This document shows, piece after piece, positions 18,836 to 28,833 of a DNA stretch of 62,357 nucleotides. Source of the DNA: an uncultured Candidatus Saccharibacteria bacterium (GTDB lineage: Bacteria > Patescibacteriota > Minisyncoccia > Phycocordibacterales > PCTT01). Location of the stretch: NCBI GenBank assembly GCA_964566505.1, contig CAZMIM010000004.1:1-62357 (forward strand), in the 5' to 3' direction. Under the pieces are notes generated by a model. That model did not search any database. It was not told where the DNA came from and was given only the letters and a program-made list of their open reading frames with translations. Position numbers and translations under genes: made by a program. Position 1 is the first letter of the stretch; every line of letters begins with the position of its first letter.

Positions 18836-20569
18836 TTATTTTTCAAAAATAGAATCAAATAATGAGATATTTTCTTTTGACCACCGCGTGTCATACCACA
18901 AAGAAAGTGCTGTAAGTCGAATAATCAAGTGTCCTCGCTCAGGCAATTGATTATATCTCTTTTCCAATTTTTCTATATCAACATATTGTTTCGAAAAATC
19001 TGACGCACTCAAATATTTGAAAAAGCTTTCTTTATTTTCATCAACCCATCTGTCATATGGGAAAATACATGCGCCGCGCGGTGCTCGTATTATTTCTTCT
19101 GGGAAATAGTCGGCAAATGCATCCCGAATAAGAGTCTTATTCCATGAATCTCTCTTTCGAATAGAGTCCGGTGTTTTCAAAATTGCACGCGCAACCAAAG
19201 GAGAATATGCCGGTGAAAGAATTTGAATTCCGTATGAATTCCCCATGGCGCTTAGGTATGTTGTTTGACGTATTCTGTGAAGCATAAGCCAGTCTGCATG
19301 TATAAGCTGATCAATTCGTGAATTTTTAGTTTTAAAGACATCACGAAGCTCTTTCTTATATATACTTTCATACGGCAGTTCTCCATTTACACGATAAATG
19401 CCCTCCCTCCAAAAAAGAGGTGCTTTTATGTACAAAAATCTTTTATACCACCTTGGTTCAGTTAATATTCGAGCTTGATTTTCAGATATTTTCAAAATCT
19501 TTCGCAATGATTTAACAATGTACGAAACGCCAGGAATATAGAAAATCCAATCCAAAAAACGAACCTTGTGAGAAAACTTACTATATTTTTGATTCCCCAG
19601 AATCATATCAACTCCAAATCCATACCAAAGCAATTCAGCACCTTTTTCATGCGCTCCATCAAATATCAAGCCCGCTGTCATCAATGCAGTTCCATCAACT
19701 GGCTGGTTCACACGAGCAACATATTCTTTTAATTTTTGAATATCTTTAAATTCTGGTTTTACAACACTAAGTGAAGAATTGGCGTAGTCGGCTGACATTT
19801 TGGCACCTTGTATAAGTCTTGGATCTTTATCATCAAAACTAATAGTTATTGATTCCACCTCCTTATTGGATGCAGATGAAACAAAACCAAGCACTCCTGC
19901 AGAATCAACACCTCCAGAGAGAGCAATTGCTGATTTACTTTCTTTTGAAATAGGTGTAATCGTTCTTGAAAAAGCTTCTTTTAATTGTCTTACTAGCTGG
20001 GCATAATCTTTTATTTTCGTTCCAGAGAAAAAACTTGGATTCCAGTATCTATCAATAGAAACTATCTCACTAGCAGATAAAATAGTCGCGGCTGGTTGAA
20101 GTTCTATATTTTCAAAAACTGTATATGGTGCTGGTATAGAAGAAAAAGCAAGAAATTGAAAAATTCGCTCTTTGTTTATTTGTGGTTTTCCATCAAGATT
20201 GTGAGAATTTAAATCATTAGAAATCGTTATCTTACTATCATTTTGAGAGTGCAAAACTTCATGATTCCCAAACATATCAGTTATAGAAAACAGCTCTTTT
20301 GATTCTTTATCATAAAAAAAGCACAGAAAATGAGCCTCCTCCCTTTTAATCAAAACCTCTTTTAAGTTATTTTCAATATATGAGTTAAGAATCTCATTAA
20401 CTCCTTCTTGTGTAAGTCCTTTGTGCCATGCAAAAAATCTATCATTTTCTAAAAAAATAAGTCCCTTGGTATCCTTCTTTATCAAAACTCCATCCTGTAA
20501 CTCAAAATGAAATGATATATTTTTCTCTCCAAACATGTTACAAACTGTTGTTGTTATAGTACTATACAA
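18836..20569 (-). CDS. asparagine-synthase-family PP-loop ATPase lacking the N-terminal Cys nucleophile
   Basis: ALSGGVDSAGV PP-loop. There is no MCG start; the likely start MFGEKN at 20536 still gives no Cys2. Confidence 0.75.
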   Translation of the reverse strand: MYSTITTTVCNMFGEKNISFHFELQDGVLIKKDTKGLIFLENDRFFAWHKGLTQEGVNEILNSYIENNLKEVLIKREEAHFLCFFYDKESKELFSITDMFGNHEVLHSQNDSKITISNDLNSHNLDGKPQINKERIFQFLAFSSIPAPYTVFENIELQPAATILSASEIVSIDRYWNPSFFSGTKIKDYAQLVRQLKEAFSRTITPISKESKSAIALSGGVDSAGVLGFVSSASNKEVESITISFDDKDPRLIQGAKMSADYANSSLSVVKPEFKDIQKLKEYVARVNQPVDGTALMTAGLIFDGAHEKGAELLWYGFGVDMILGNQKYSKFSHKVRFLDWIFYIPGVSYIVKSLRKILKISENQARILTEPRWYKRFLYIKAPLFWREGIYRVNGELPYESIYKKELRDVFKTKNSRIDQLIHADWLMLHRIRQTTYLSAMGNSYGIQILSPAYSPLVARAILKTPDSIRKRDSWNKTLIRDAFADYFPEEIIRAPRGACIFPYDRWVDENKESFFKYLSASDFSKQYVDIEKLEKRYNQLPERGHLIIRLTALSLWYDTRWSKENISLFDSIFEK

Positions 20570-20579
20570 TACATATCCT

Positions 20580-21815
20580 ATGAAAAGAAGAGTGCGAGAA
20601 ATGCTCGCAAATTCAGAAAAATACCTAAAAACTGACGTTAACTACCTCGCTCGTGGAGGTTTTTGGCTTGGAACAGGACATGTTGTAGCAGTTCTTTCTG
20701 GATTCATTCTCTCTGTTGCATTTGCGAATCTACTACCAAAAGAAGCTTTTGGTATGTATAAGTTTGTTTTGTCTGCATCAGGGATAATAGGTGTATTTAC
20801 TCTCACGGGACTCTCTACCTCTGTAACACGCTCAATTGCACGCGGGTTCGAAGGGGACCTTATTAGAGGAATGAAAGCAACATATATATGGGGTATTGGT
20901 AAATTCCTTATTGGAGTTGGGGCACTCGTATACTATCTTCTCAATCAAAACTCCATACTTGCGATATCAATTCTTATTGCAACCACCCTTTCAATCCCTC
21001 TTTCTAGCTTTAGCCTATATGGATCATATCTTAGAGGTACCAAAAAATTCAAAAAGGACACGAGCTACGGTATTTTCCTGAGCACAATACCCGCACTATC
21101 AACAATTATCGCATTGTTGAACACATCAAATGTGATTCTGATTGTGACGGTATATTTTGTTTCAATAACACTTGCTTCTTTTGTATTAAACTCACTGGTG
21201 CGTTCACGATTTGAGATAAACACAAAAACAAGTGAAGTACTTATATCTGACGCAAAGCATCTTTCTTTAATAAATGCTCTTTCTCTTATTTGGAAACATG
21301 CAGATAAAATTTTAATATTCCACTTTTTAGGTTCAGCTGAGCTTGCTATTTATGCATTTGCAATCTCTCCGGTTATGCATTTGCTTGGCTTTAATTCAGT
21401 GATAAAAAACTTAGTATTCCCAAAGCTTGCCCAAGGAAATATAGAGAGAATAAAAGAAGCGCTACCTCATAAAATGAAGTTACTGTTTGGTCTTTCAGTG
21501 CTAATTTGTGGTGCATACATTTTATTTGCACCAATACTATTTAAGGTATTTTATCCTCAATACCTAGACTCAATAAATCTATCTCGAATATTTGCGCTTT
21601 CAATTCTGTTCCTTCCAGTCCTTCTAATGAGGCAACTTTTCATCGCTCACATGCAAAAACGGGCATTGTATGCCGTAAATATAATAAGTCCTATTATTGG
21701 AGTGATTGCACTTCTTGCACTTTTGCCGGTATATGGAGTTCTCGGAGCAGTGCTCGCGCTTTTGATCACTCAGCTATTTGAAGCTTTGATTCTTTTCTCT
21801 TTCTTCAAACGCTAA
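20580..21815 (+). CDS. polysaccharide/oligosaccharide flippase (Wzx-like, MOP superfamily)
   Basis: About 12-14 TM helices. I prefer the start at MKRRV (20580) over the track start at 20535, which overlaps the divergent gene. Confidence 0.7.
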   Translation: MKRRVREMLANSEKYLKTDVNYLARGGFWLGTGHVVAVLSGFILSVAFANLLPKEAFGMYKFVLSASGIIGVFTLTGLSTSVTRSIARGFEGDLIRGMKATYIWGIGKFLIGVGALVYYLLNQNSILAISILIATTLSIPLSSFSLYGSYLRGTKKFKKDTSYGIFLSTIPALSTIIALLNTSNVILIVTVYFVSITLASFVLNSLVRSRFEINTKTSEVLISDAKHLSLINALSLIWKHADKILIFHFLGSAELAIYAFAISPVMHLLGFNSVIKNLVFPKLAQGNIERIKEALPHKMKLLFGLSVLICGAYILFAPILFKVFYPQYLDSINLSRIFALSILFLPVLLMRQLFIAHMQKRALYAVNIISPIIGVIALLALLPVYGVLGAVLALLITQLFEALILFSFFKR

Positions 21816-22891
21816 TTCTCTTTCTCTATAAAACCAAGTAGCTTCTGATGAATATATGTATGAAGCGCATCAAGTCGCATATGATTTTTATATGCATCTC
21901 TAGCCTTCATCTGCATCTCCTTGAACTCTTCAGGAGAAATATTTTTATGAAAATCTTTTAGTATTTGTGGCAAATCTGATATTTCACTATGATCCACAAC
22001 AAGAGAAAAACTGTCATAGTCGATAACGTCGCCTAGTGGTAAAATCTGCTCTGTATTTAATATAAGAGGTATACGTCCCACTGAAAGTGCCTCGAATAAT
22101 CTTACTGACGCATTTGCGTCTCCTCGCACACAAAGTGCATAGTCATTATTTAATAGATTGTCTACAAACTCTTTTCTCAAAACAGAGATATCTTTCTCAG
22201 CTGTACCCGTGTGAGAAGAAAACGATGTCCGCACAAGAAAATTAGTTTCTATACCATAAACACTTTGTAATACTCTCATGACTTTAGCTCGCCATAATAC
22301 ACCTTTCTGCATTGCTCTATATTTTTTATCAAAAATACCTTTTATACGAATAGGTGCTTCTTTTACAAAGGTTCTTAATTTTTGCTTAAAACTCAAGTGC
22401 GCCCACCCGGCAAATCCTACTGACGGGGTCTCTGTTTTGTCTCTCAAAACCAAGTTACCTTCACACTCTCTTTCCAAAACATCATCAGCGTGAGGTGGTA
22501 TATATATGTCTTGCGCTCGCTCTTTAAACGAATACCCTCCAATACGCATAGTGTAGATATAATCCTCAGTAATTCCATGGTCAAAATCACTCGTTGCATC
22601 AGTGAAAATTGGTACACCCGTCTTCACTGACATTTTTTTATATTCCTCTACAACTTTAGGATATATACGGATTAATTGCGTATATTTATTTGGCATAAAT
22701 ATAAAATCTGCTTGCTCTACATTATCAACAAAGGAAAACCACGATGTATTAAAAGAGTAAGACTCAAATAATTTCCTACTAATAGGATTACTTTTATCAA
22801 TACTAATACCAAACTCTGAATAAACCATTGGCGAGAAGCGAATGTCTTTCATTACAAGATTTTGTGGGATATAGAAAAGTATTTTACGCAT
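21812..22891 (-). CDS. exostosin-like (GT47-type) glycosyltransferase
   Basis: LCVRGDANASVRLFEALSVGRIPLIL...IDYDSFSLVV matches the exostosin C-terminal signature. Confidence 0.6.
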   Translation of the reverse strand: MRKILFYIPQNLVMKDIRFSPMVYSEFGISIDKSNPISRKLFESYSFNTSWFSFVDNVEQADFIFMPNKYTQLIRIYPKVVEEYKKMSVKTGVPIFTDATSDFDHGITEDYIYTMRIGGYSFKERAQDIYIPPHADDVLERECEGNLVLRDKTETPSVGFAGWAHLSFKQKLRTFVKEAPIRIKGIFDKKYRAMQKGVLWRAKVMRVLQSVYGIETNFLVRTSFSSHTGTAEKDISVLRKEFVDNLLNNDYALCVRGDANASVRLFEALSVGRIPLILNTEQILPLGDVIDYDSFSLVVDHSEISDLPQILKDFHKNISPEEFKEMQMKARDAYKNHMRLDALHTYIHQKLLGFIEKEN

Positions 22892-22953
22892 AACATTAAA
22901 GATGATAGTCTAGCATACAGAAAAGTACACGAACAACCAGACCAGGTAACACA

Positions 22954-24456
22954 ATGAACACACCCAGTACCGGAGGTGTATGTTTTATCATACCACCTTC
23001 TGTATTCCTTTTAGACGAAAGGGTTTTCGTCAGCTTAGGAATACTCAAAGTTGTTGCGGTGGTCGAAAAAGCTGGGTACAAAGTTGATGCTCTTGATCTC
23101 TCCGGAATCAAAAACTTCAATGAAGTACTACAAAGCTATATCGAAACACACAACCGGACAAAAACATTTGCAATTACCTCTACAACCCCTCAACTACCAG
23201 CGGTGACGCAAATCACTCATTGTATTCGTGAGCACAAAAGTGATTCACGAATCATATTGGGTGGACCACATCCAACCCTTGTAAATGCTGCTGCTAAAAA
23301 AGAGCGTGCGAAAGAAGTTTCAGGACGCGCACTTGAAGCAATGCAACATTTACAAGAGATTTGTGACTGCATAGTCGCAGGTGACGGAGAAGAGGCAATC
23401 TTTGAAGCTCTTCAAAACGAAGACGCAACATTGATTGATGCTGATGACCGTAGATCACCCCTGTTTTTGAAACGAGGAACGCTCGAGGAATATCCTTTCC
23501 CCGCACGGCACCTTGTTGATATGAGTAGCTACCACTACTCAATCGAGGGCTTTGACTCTACATCACTCATTGCACAGCTTGGATGTCCATTTTCTTGTGG
23601 TTTTTGTGGAGGGCGTGAATCAAGCATGCTCAGAATCACACGAACCAGAAGTAGTGAGCATGTCGTAGAAGAGATGGTGCATCTGTACAAAAAATACGGA
23701 TACACCGGATTCATGCTCTACGATGATGAGCTAAATGTGAACCCAAAGATGATTGAGTTGATGAACCTTATTTCTGACACTCAAGAAAAGTTGGGAACAG
23801 AATGGAGGCTGAGAGGCTTTGTGAAAGCAGAGCTCTTCACTCCTGAGCAAGCGCATGCAATGTATCGAGCTGGATTTCGCTGGCTACTCACTGGATTCGA
23901 ATCGGGATCACCTCGCATATTGAAAAATATCAACAAGCGAGCAACCCGTGACGACAACAACAGATGTGTTGAGTTTGCACGAAATGCAAACTTGAAAGTG
24001 AAAGCTCTTATGTCCATCGGACATCCGGGTGAATCCCGCGAAACAACAGAGGATACACACAAGTGGCTCCTTGAAACTGCACCAGATGACTTTGATGTCA
24101 CGATTATCACTACATACCCCGGCACTCCCTACTACGACCAAGCGGTCAGGAGTACCCAGTATGAAGGTGTATGGGTGTATACATGCCCCTCAACCGAGGA
24201 TCGACTGTATGCATACCCAATCGATTATCGAACTGAGGCAGATTACTACAAGGGTGACCCCGAAGGTGGATATCGCTCGTTTGTTTTCACTGATTTTCTC
24301 GAAGCACAAGAGCTTGTGGAAATTCGTGACCACATCGAAAAAGATGTTCGAGCAAAGCTCAACATACCCTTTAACCCAAGCAAACCAGCAGTAGACTTTG
24401 AGCACTCAATGGGTCAACGTGGCCCATTGCCATCGTCTGTGTTGCGTTCTGGATAA
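22954..24456 (+). CDS. B12-binding-domain radical SAM enzyme
   Basis: CPFSCGFCG (CxxxCxxC) cluster motif preceded by a Rossmann-like B12-binding-type N-domain. Confidence 0.8.
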   Translation: MNTPSTGGVCFIIPPSVFLLDERVFVSLGILKVVAVVEKAGYKVDALDLSGIKNFNEVLQSYIETHNRTKTFAITSTTPQLPAVTQITHCIREHKSDSRIILGGPHPTLVNAAAKKERAKEVSGRALEAMQHLQEICDCIVAGDGEEAIFEALQNEDATLIDADDRRSPLFLKRGTLEEYPFPARHLVDMSSYHYSIEGFDSTSLIAQLGCPFSCGFCGGRESSMLRITRTRSSEHVVEEMVHLYKKYGYTGFMLYDDELNVNPKMIELMNLISDTQEKLGTEWRLRGFVKAELFTPEQAHAMYRAGFRWLLTGFESGSPRILKNINKRATRDDNNRCVEFARNANLKVKALMSIGHPGESRETTEDTHKWLLETAPDDFDVTIITTYPGTPYYDQAVRSTQYEGVWVYTCPSTEDRLYAYPIDYRTEADYYKGDPEGGYRSFVFTDFLEAQELVEIRDHIEKDVRAKLNIPFNPSKPAVDFEHSMGQRGPLPSSVLRSG

Positions 24457-24458
24457 TC

Positions 24459-24490
24459 AAAGGCCCACATGTATTCACATGTGGGCCTTT
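24459..24490. terminator. bidirectional terminator between convergent genes
   Basis: aaaggcccacatgt-attc-acatgtgggccttt: perfect 14-bp stem. Confidence 0.65.
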
Positions 24491-24493
24491 CTC

Positions 24494-25546
24494 TTACTCA
24501 AAAGCATTAACTATTTTCTTTGATAACTTTGAAAGATTATGATTTTCTACAACAAAAGAGCGAGAGTGTTCTCTAAACCTCTTCATTTTTTCATTATCCC
24601 AACTCAATACAGCATCAATATTTTTTGAAAGCTCTTTTATATCGCCTTCTTCATAATACAAATCATCAAAAAATCCTTCGAAATAATCTTTATATACTGC
24701 AGTTGGCAGTACAACAGGAGTTCCACAAGCAAACGCTTCTAGCTCTGTCTTTCCAAATCCACCACCTCCTTGTGTGCGAACAAACAGATCAACATAGTTA
24801 TAAATATCTACAGTATCTTTGTTTGAAACAGGCTCAACCCACAAAATATTTTTCTCAATTCCATACTTAGAGACCAAAGTTTTTAACTCCTCAACATATT
24901 TATAATCCTCAGGTCTAGCTGGGCCACCCACAATAGAAGCAACTAGTCCTGTTCGGCCATACTCATTTACCAAAATATTTACCGCTTCTATATAATCCTC
25001 TATTCGTTTTACATGAGAAATGCGTGAAAGTGTAAGAATTCTTTCTCCGCCCACTTCCCTTTCTTTTGTTGGTTTAAATACATCAACATCAATACCATGT
25101 CCAACCCCCATAACCTTATCTGTTTCTATATCAAAACTATCTCGAGAAGGTGAAAGTATCTTATATACATGCTTTTCTGCCCATCTAGCAATTGGACTTA
25201 CTTTTATGTGTGCATACCACATAACAATTCTTTTTCTAAAAAAGATGTTTACAGGATATAGTGCTCTCACATACTCAGGTGCCATATGAACAAATACTCC
25301 ATCTACATTAAAAAGGCTTTTGATTGCATAAAAATAAAACAAAAAAGCTTGAACAATTCGTGGATACCCATTCTCTCTCCCAAGAGAATAGACTTTCACA
25401 TTTTCAGGTAAATCATTTTCACCAGCAGTCAAACATATTACTCGAATACTATCTACTTCTTTAGAAATATGTCGAATCCATTCATGGAAAAACCCCATAA
25501 TGTCGTCATTTTTATCTACTTTTTGTGTGATTATAAGAAGTCTCAT
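24494..25546 (-). CDS. GT4-family (GT-B) glycosyltransferase
   Basis: C-terminal GGGFGKTELEAFACGTPVV, an E-x7-E-type motif region. Confidence 0.8.
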   Translation of the reverse strand: MRLLIITQKVDKNDDIMGFFHEWIRHISKEVDSIRVICLTAGENDLPENVKVYSLGRENGYPRIVQAFLFYFYAIKSLFNVDGVFVHMAPEYVRALYPVNIFFRKRIVMWYAHIKVSPIARWAEKHVYKILSPSRDSFDIETDKVMGVGHGIDVDVFKPTKEREVGGERILTLSRISHVKRIEDYIEAVNILVNEYGRTGLVASIVGGPARPEDYKYVEELKTLVSKYGIEKNILWVEPVSNKDTVDIYNYVDLFVRTQGGGGFGKTELEAFACGTPVVLPTAVYKDYFEGFFDDLYYEEGDIKELSKNIDAVLSWDNEKMKRFREHSRSFVVENHNLSKLSKKIVNAFE

Positions 25547-25649
25547 CCCGTTAGAAATTATTGATTATTAAATTAAATGTATTTATGCGCATATTACTTA
25601 TTTATGTATTTTGTAGTACTCCGTGAGTTTATTGAATTTCTAACGGGAC

Positions 25650-26777
25650 TCATGATTTATATATTTTATTCCACCCTTCTACAATTTTCTCAGTATACTC
25701 CTCAAAAGGAATCAAAAGAGAATCAACATGAACACGTGAGCGCAAACCAATCGCACGAGAGCCATCTCTATCATTTAAATAAGAGTGCATATATCGAGTT
25801 ATAGACTCTGTATCACCGACATTACAAATAAGGGCACTCTCACCATGCTTTAAAACACTACCAGCAATACCTACATCTGTTGTCAGAATTGGTCGCTCAT
25901 AAAGTGAGGCTTCCACAAGCGCCATTCCATACCCTTCGTATGATGAGCCTAGAACAAAAACTCGCGCATGAGCATAATATGGCGCTGTATCGTTTTGCCA
26001 CCCAGAAAAGAAAACGTTCTTCTCTATTTTCAAACGCTTTACTTGAGACTCAAGAGCGCCACGCTCGCGACCATCTCCCACAATCACCAACCCCGTCTGT
26101 GGATGTGTCGCAACAATATTTGAAAATGCCGTTATCACATCTGCTACTCCTTTCTCTTTTTCTAATCGTGATACCACAAGCAAAACGTCAGAGAATTGTT
26201 TGTACTCTTCTGGCGTTGGTACATCTTTTCGTGCCGTGTCCTCCACCCAAATTGGCAACACCTCTATCTCTGTCTTTACATCGACAAAACGTTTTTGTAT
26301 CGATTCTTTTATACGCTCACTCACCACGCGTATATGATGTGCTTTTGGTATAACAATCCCAGCTAAAAATACTCGAATTTTATTTAACATTGAATGCTCA
26401 GAAAAATATGGATTTAAAAAGTCTGTATGTACTTGAACCTGGAATGATACATCATAAAGAGTGCTTAGAAATGCACCCACAATTCCAGTCTCAAATGTAT
26501 CTTGGCAGGTAATTATAAATGAACCTTTGTTTATATGAAGAATTTTCTTTGTCTTTAAAAATGCACCGACCACATACCACAAACGAAATGGTGAGGCGGT
26601 TGGATAAAGATGAAGCCCAAGTTCATTGTCTTGATATACAGAATACTTACTCTTGGACAAAGAAAAAACAACCACATGAAGTGAATCTACTTTTTCTGCA
26701 TACGCTCTCAAGCGCTTATGCACAGCACTTTCTGTGTCAAAAACCTTCCTATCTGTCGAAATCATTAATACATTCAT
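25650..26777 (-). CDS. GT4-family glycosyltransferase
   Basis: SSYEGYGMALVEASLYERPILTTDVG motif. Confidence 0.8.
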   Translation of the reverse strand: MNVLMISTDRKVFDTESAVHKRLRAYAEKVDSLHVVVFSLSKSKYSVYQDNELGLHLYPTASPFRLWYVVGAFLKTKKILHINKGSFIITCQDTFETGIVGAFLSTLYDVSFQVQVHTDFLNPYFSEHSMLNKIRVFLAGIVIPKAHHIRVVSERIKESIQKRFVDVKTEIEVLPIWVEDTARKDVPTPEEYKQFSDVLLVVSRLEKEKGVADVITAFSNIVATHPQTGLVIVGDGRERGALESQVKRLKIEKNVFFSGWQNDTAPYYAHARVFVLGSSYEGYGMALVEASLYERPILTTDVGIAGSVLKHGESALICNVGDTESITRYMHSYLNDRDGSRAIGLRSRVHVDSLLIPFEEYTEKIVEGWNKIYKS

Positions 26778-27895
26778 AACAAAGAATTAATGAGTTCTGT
26801 GTGAGAGTCTGTAACATTCTCCCATGTTTGATTCATATCAATAGAGTTAATAGTCGCAACCGCCTTTCTATAATTCTCTGAATCAAAAAGATATGTGATT
26901 TTAGACTCAAGCTCATCTTGGTTTAGTGGGTCAAACAAAAACTCCTCTGGAAGCTCCACAGACAACCCATGTCCTTTACTCAAAATAACAGGCTTTCCAA
27001 ATGAGAGTGACTCAAGGATAAAGTTTGGATTAAACTCAGAGAGCGCTGGCCCTATAGCAATTGCGCTTTCTTTTATCTTCTCAAACAATACCTCTTGGGG
27101 AACTGATTCAACAAATGAAATGTGGTCTTTATTAGAAAGCTTTGCACGCAAATCAAGAAGCTCTTCTTTATCAGGCCCCTTTCCTATAAGCTCAAGTTTT
27201 CCTTTACCAAGTTTTGCTCGAACATTATCAAAGGCTCGCATCACTAGAGGAAGGTTTTTATATGTTACAAAACGACCCGCAAATAGAATTACTGGCTCAT
27301 CTGCCAAAACATCTGTTGCTGACTCTCGCTTAAAAACTGGATTTTTTATAATCGTAACCTTATTTGTATCAAGGCCGTAATAGTCATGATAAAAATCTCT
27401 CCAAAATGTGTTGTAAAAGACAACCTTATCCGCCCCAGTAACAACCCAACGAATGATTTTAAAGAGAGTTGGCTGGTCTTCAATATAGAGACCTTTTTCA
27501 TAATAGTTCGTAATAGGCATTATTCTACGACCCATCTCTGCCTCTCTTTCCCAAATAGGATCTCCTCCAACACGAATGAAAAATGGCTTATTAAAAAGGC
27601 TTGATGAAAAACGCGCAGGCACTCCCGCTGCTGTAGGATCAAATGCATACACTAAATCAGCGGAAGAACTAAGACGAATAGCTTTTATAAAATATAGTAG
27701 CCACTGAATAAGCTTGTGGTGTTTTCTCCCGATACGATGAACCTTGTATGGAAACTCTTTTTCATTTGGATCACCATATGCAAGAACATCTACAGAGTGT
27801 CCTTCTTTTGTAAGTCTTGATGCAATTTTCTCAACATGAATAGCTGGACCACCCACGTCAGGGAAAAATATTCCGGTTGCAAGTAAAATTTTCAT
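26774..27895 (-). CDS. GT4-family glycosyltransferase
   Basis: N-terminal FFPDVGGPAIHV motif and a GT-B C-domain. 4-nt overlap with the downstream GT. Confidence 0.8.
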   Translation of the reverse strand: MKILLATGIFFPDVGGPAIHVEKIASRLTKEGHSVDVLAYGDPNEKEFPYKVHRIGRKHHKLIQWLLYFIKAIRLSSSADLVYAFDPTAAGVPARFSSSLFNKPFFIRVGGDPIWEREAEMGRRIMPITNYYEKGLYIEDQPTLFKIIRWVVTGADKVVFYNTFWRDFYHDYYGLDTNKVTIIKNPVFKRESATDVLADEPVILFAGRFVTYKNLPLVMRAFDNVRAKLGKGKLELIGKGPDKEELLDLRAKLSNKDHISFVESVPQEVLFEKIKESAIAIGPALSEFNPNFILESLSFGKPVILSKGHGLSVELPEEFLFDPLNQDELESKITYLFDSENYRKAVATINSIDMNQTWENVTDSHTELINSLL

Positions 27896-27954
27896 AAAAT
27901 GTATTACAATTAAATCTTTGACAGCTTATCAGACTTTAGGGTATAAACAAATAT

Positions 27955-28833
27955 ATGACAAAACATACAGTAGCCATAATTGGAGCGGGAAAATGGGGCA
28001 AAAACCTCATTAGAGAATATAGCAAACATGCACATGTTAAGGCTATTTTACATGGCTCAAACCCGCAAACTCGTGAAATGCTCCAGAGCACATACCCACA
28101 TATACCCATTGTAAGTTCTTATGAAGAAATTCTCAATGACGATGATATTGAGGCTGTTGTAATCGCAACTCCCACAGAAACTCATTTTGAGTTTGCAGAC
28201 AAAGCAATAGAACATAAAAAATCAGTATTCCTAGAAAAACCAGGCACAACATCACCAGAGCTTTTAAAAACACTCAAAGAACAAGCAGAAAAAAATGGTG
28301 TTGTTCTGTCTATTGGATATATATTTCTATACAACAACGTAATTAGATATATAAAAGAAAATATTCCTACAGAAGATATACAGTCAGTTTCATTCGTGTT
28401 TGAAAAGCAAGGACCATTCGAGTATCACCCACTTGAACATTTGGCATGCCACGATATAGCCACTACTTTCTACCTTGGTTTCAACCCAGAGCTCAAATCA
28501 TATGAAGAAATAGACATTGTTGATGGAAGAGTGGACAACATAAAACTTTCTCTTGAAGAGGAAGGAAAAGAAATCACCATTGAAATAGATAGAAACTCAA
28601 CTAAAAAGGAAAGAACAATCACTTTTAAAACTACACAAGGAGAATTTGTATTTAAAAATGACGAACTATTTAAAGATAGCGAAAAGATAGAGATACCAAA
28701 TGAATACTCTGCACTAGAAAACGAGGTTATTGAAAACCTATCTCTTCTTGATTCAAAACAAAAAAGCGTCAGCGACGCCCAACTTGCCATAAAAGTCTGG
28801 GAAATAATGCTTGCTAGTCGTTCGAAGCAATAA
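27955..28833 (+). CDS. Gfo/Idh/MocA-family NAD(P) oxidoreductase
   Basis: VAIIGAGKWGKN Rossmann motif and the EKP motif (FLEKPGT). Confidence 0.75.
   Translation: MTKHTVAIIGAGKWGKNLIREYSKHAHVKAILHGSNPQTREMLQSTYPHIPIVSSYEEILNDDDIEAVVIATPTETHFEFADKAIEHKKSVFLEKPGTTSPELLKTLKEQAEKNGVVLSIGYIFLYNNVIRYIKENIPTEDIQSVSFVFEKQGPFEYHPLEHLACHDIATTFYLGFNPELKSYEEIDIVDGRVDNIKLSLEEEGKEITIEIDRNSTKKERTITFKTTQGEFVFKNDELFKDSEKIEIPNEYSALENEVIENLSLLDSKQKSVSDAQLAIKVWEIMLASRSKQ

Noticed and set aside
20845-20852. GGTTCGAA T-loop-like string as a tRNA
   Set aside because: It lies inside the flippase CDS and no acceptor, D or anticodon stems can be drawn around it. I saw no other tRNA-like cloverleaf in the intergenic regions.
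18836-24456. AsnB-like enzyme plus radical SAM plus methyltransferase as a lasso-peptide or other RiPP cluster
   Set aside because: There is no precursor peptide ORF, no RRE/PqqD or transglutaminase-type protease and no ABC exporter. The genes are embedded among GTs, a flippase and a Wzy_C protein, so a glycan pathway is the simpler reading.
25577-25804. 75-aa plus-strand ORF starting in the GT4-GT4 spacer
   Set aside because: It is mostly antisense to a well-supported GT4 gene and has no RBS. It probably arises from the inverted-repeat spacer.
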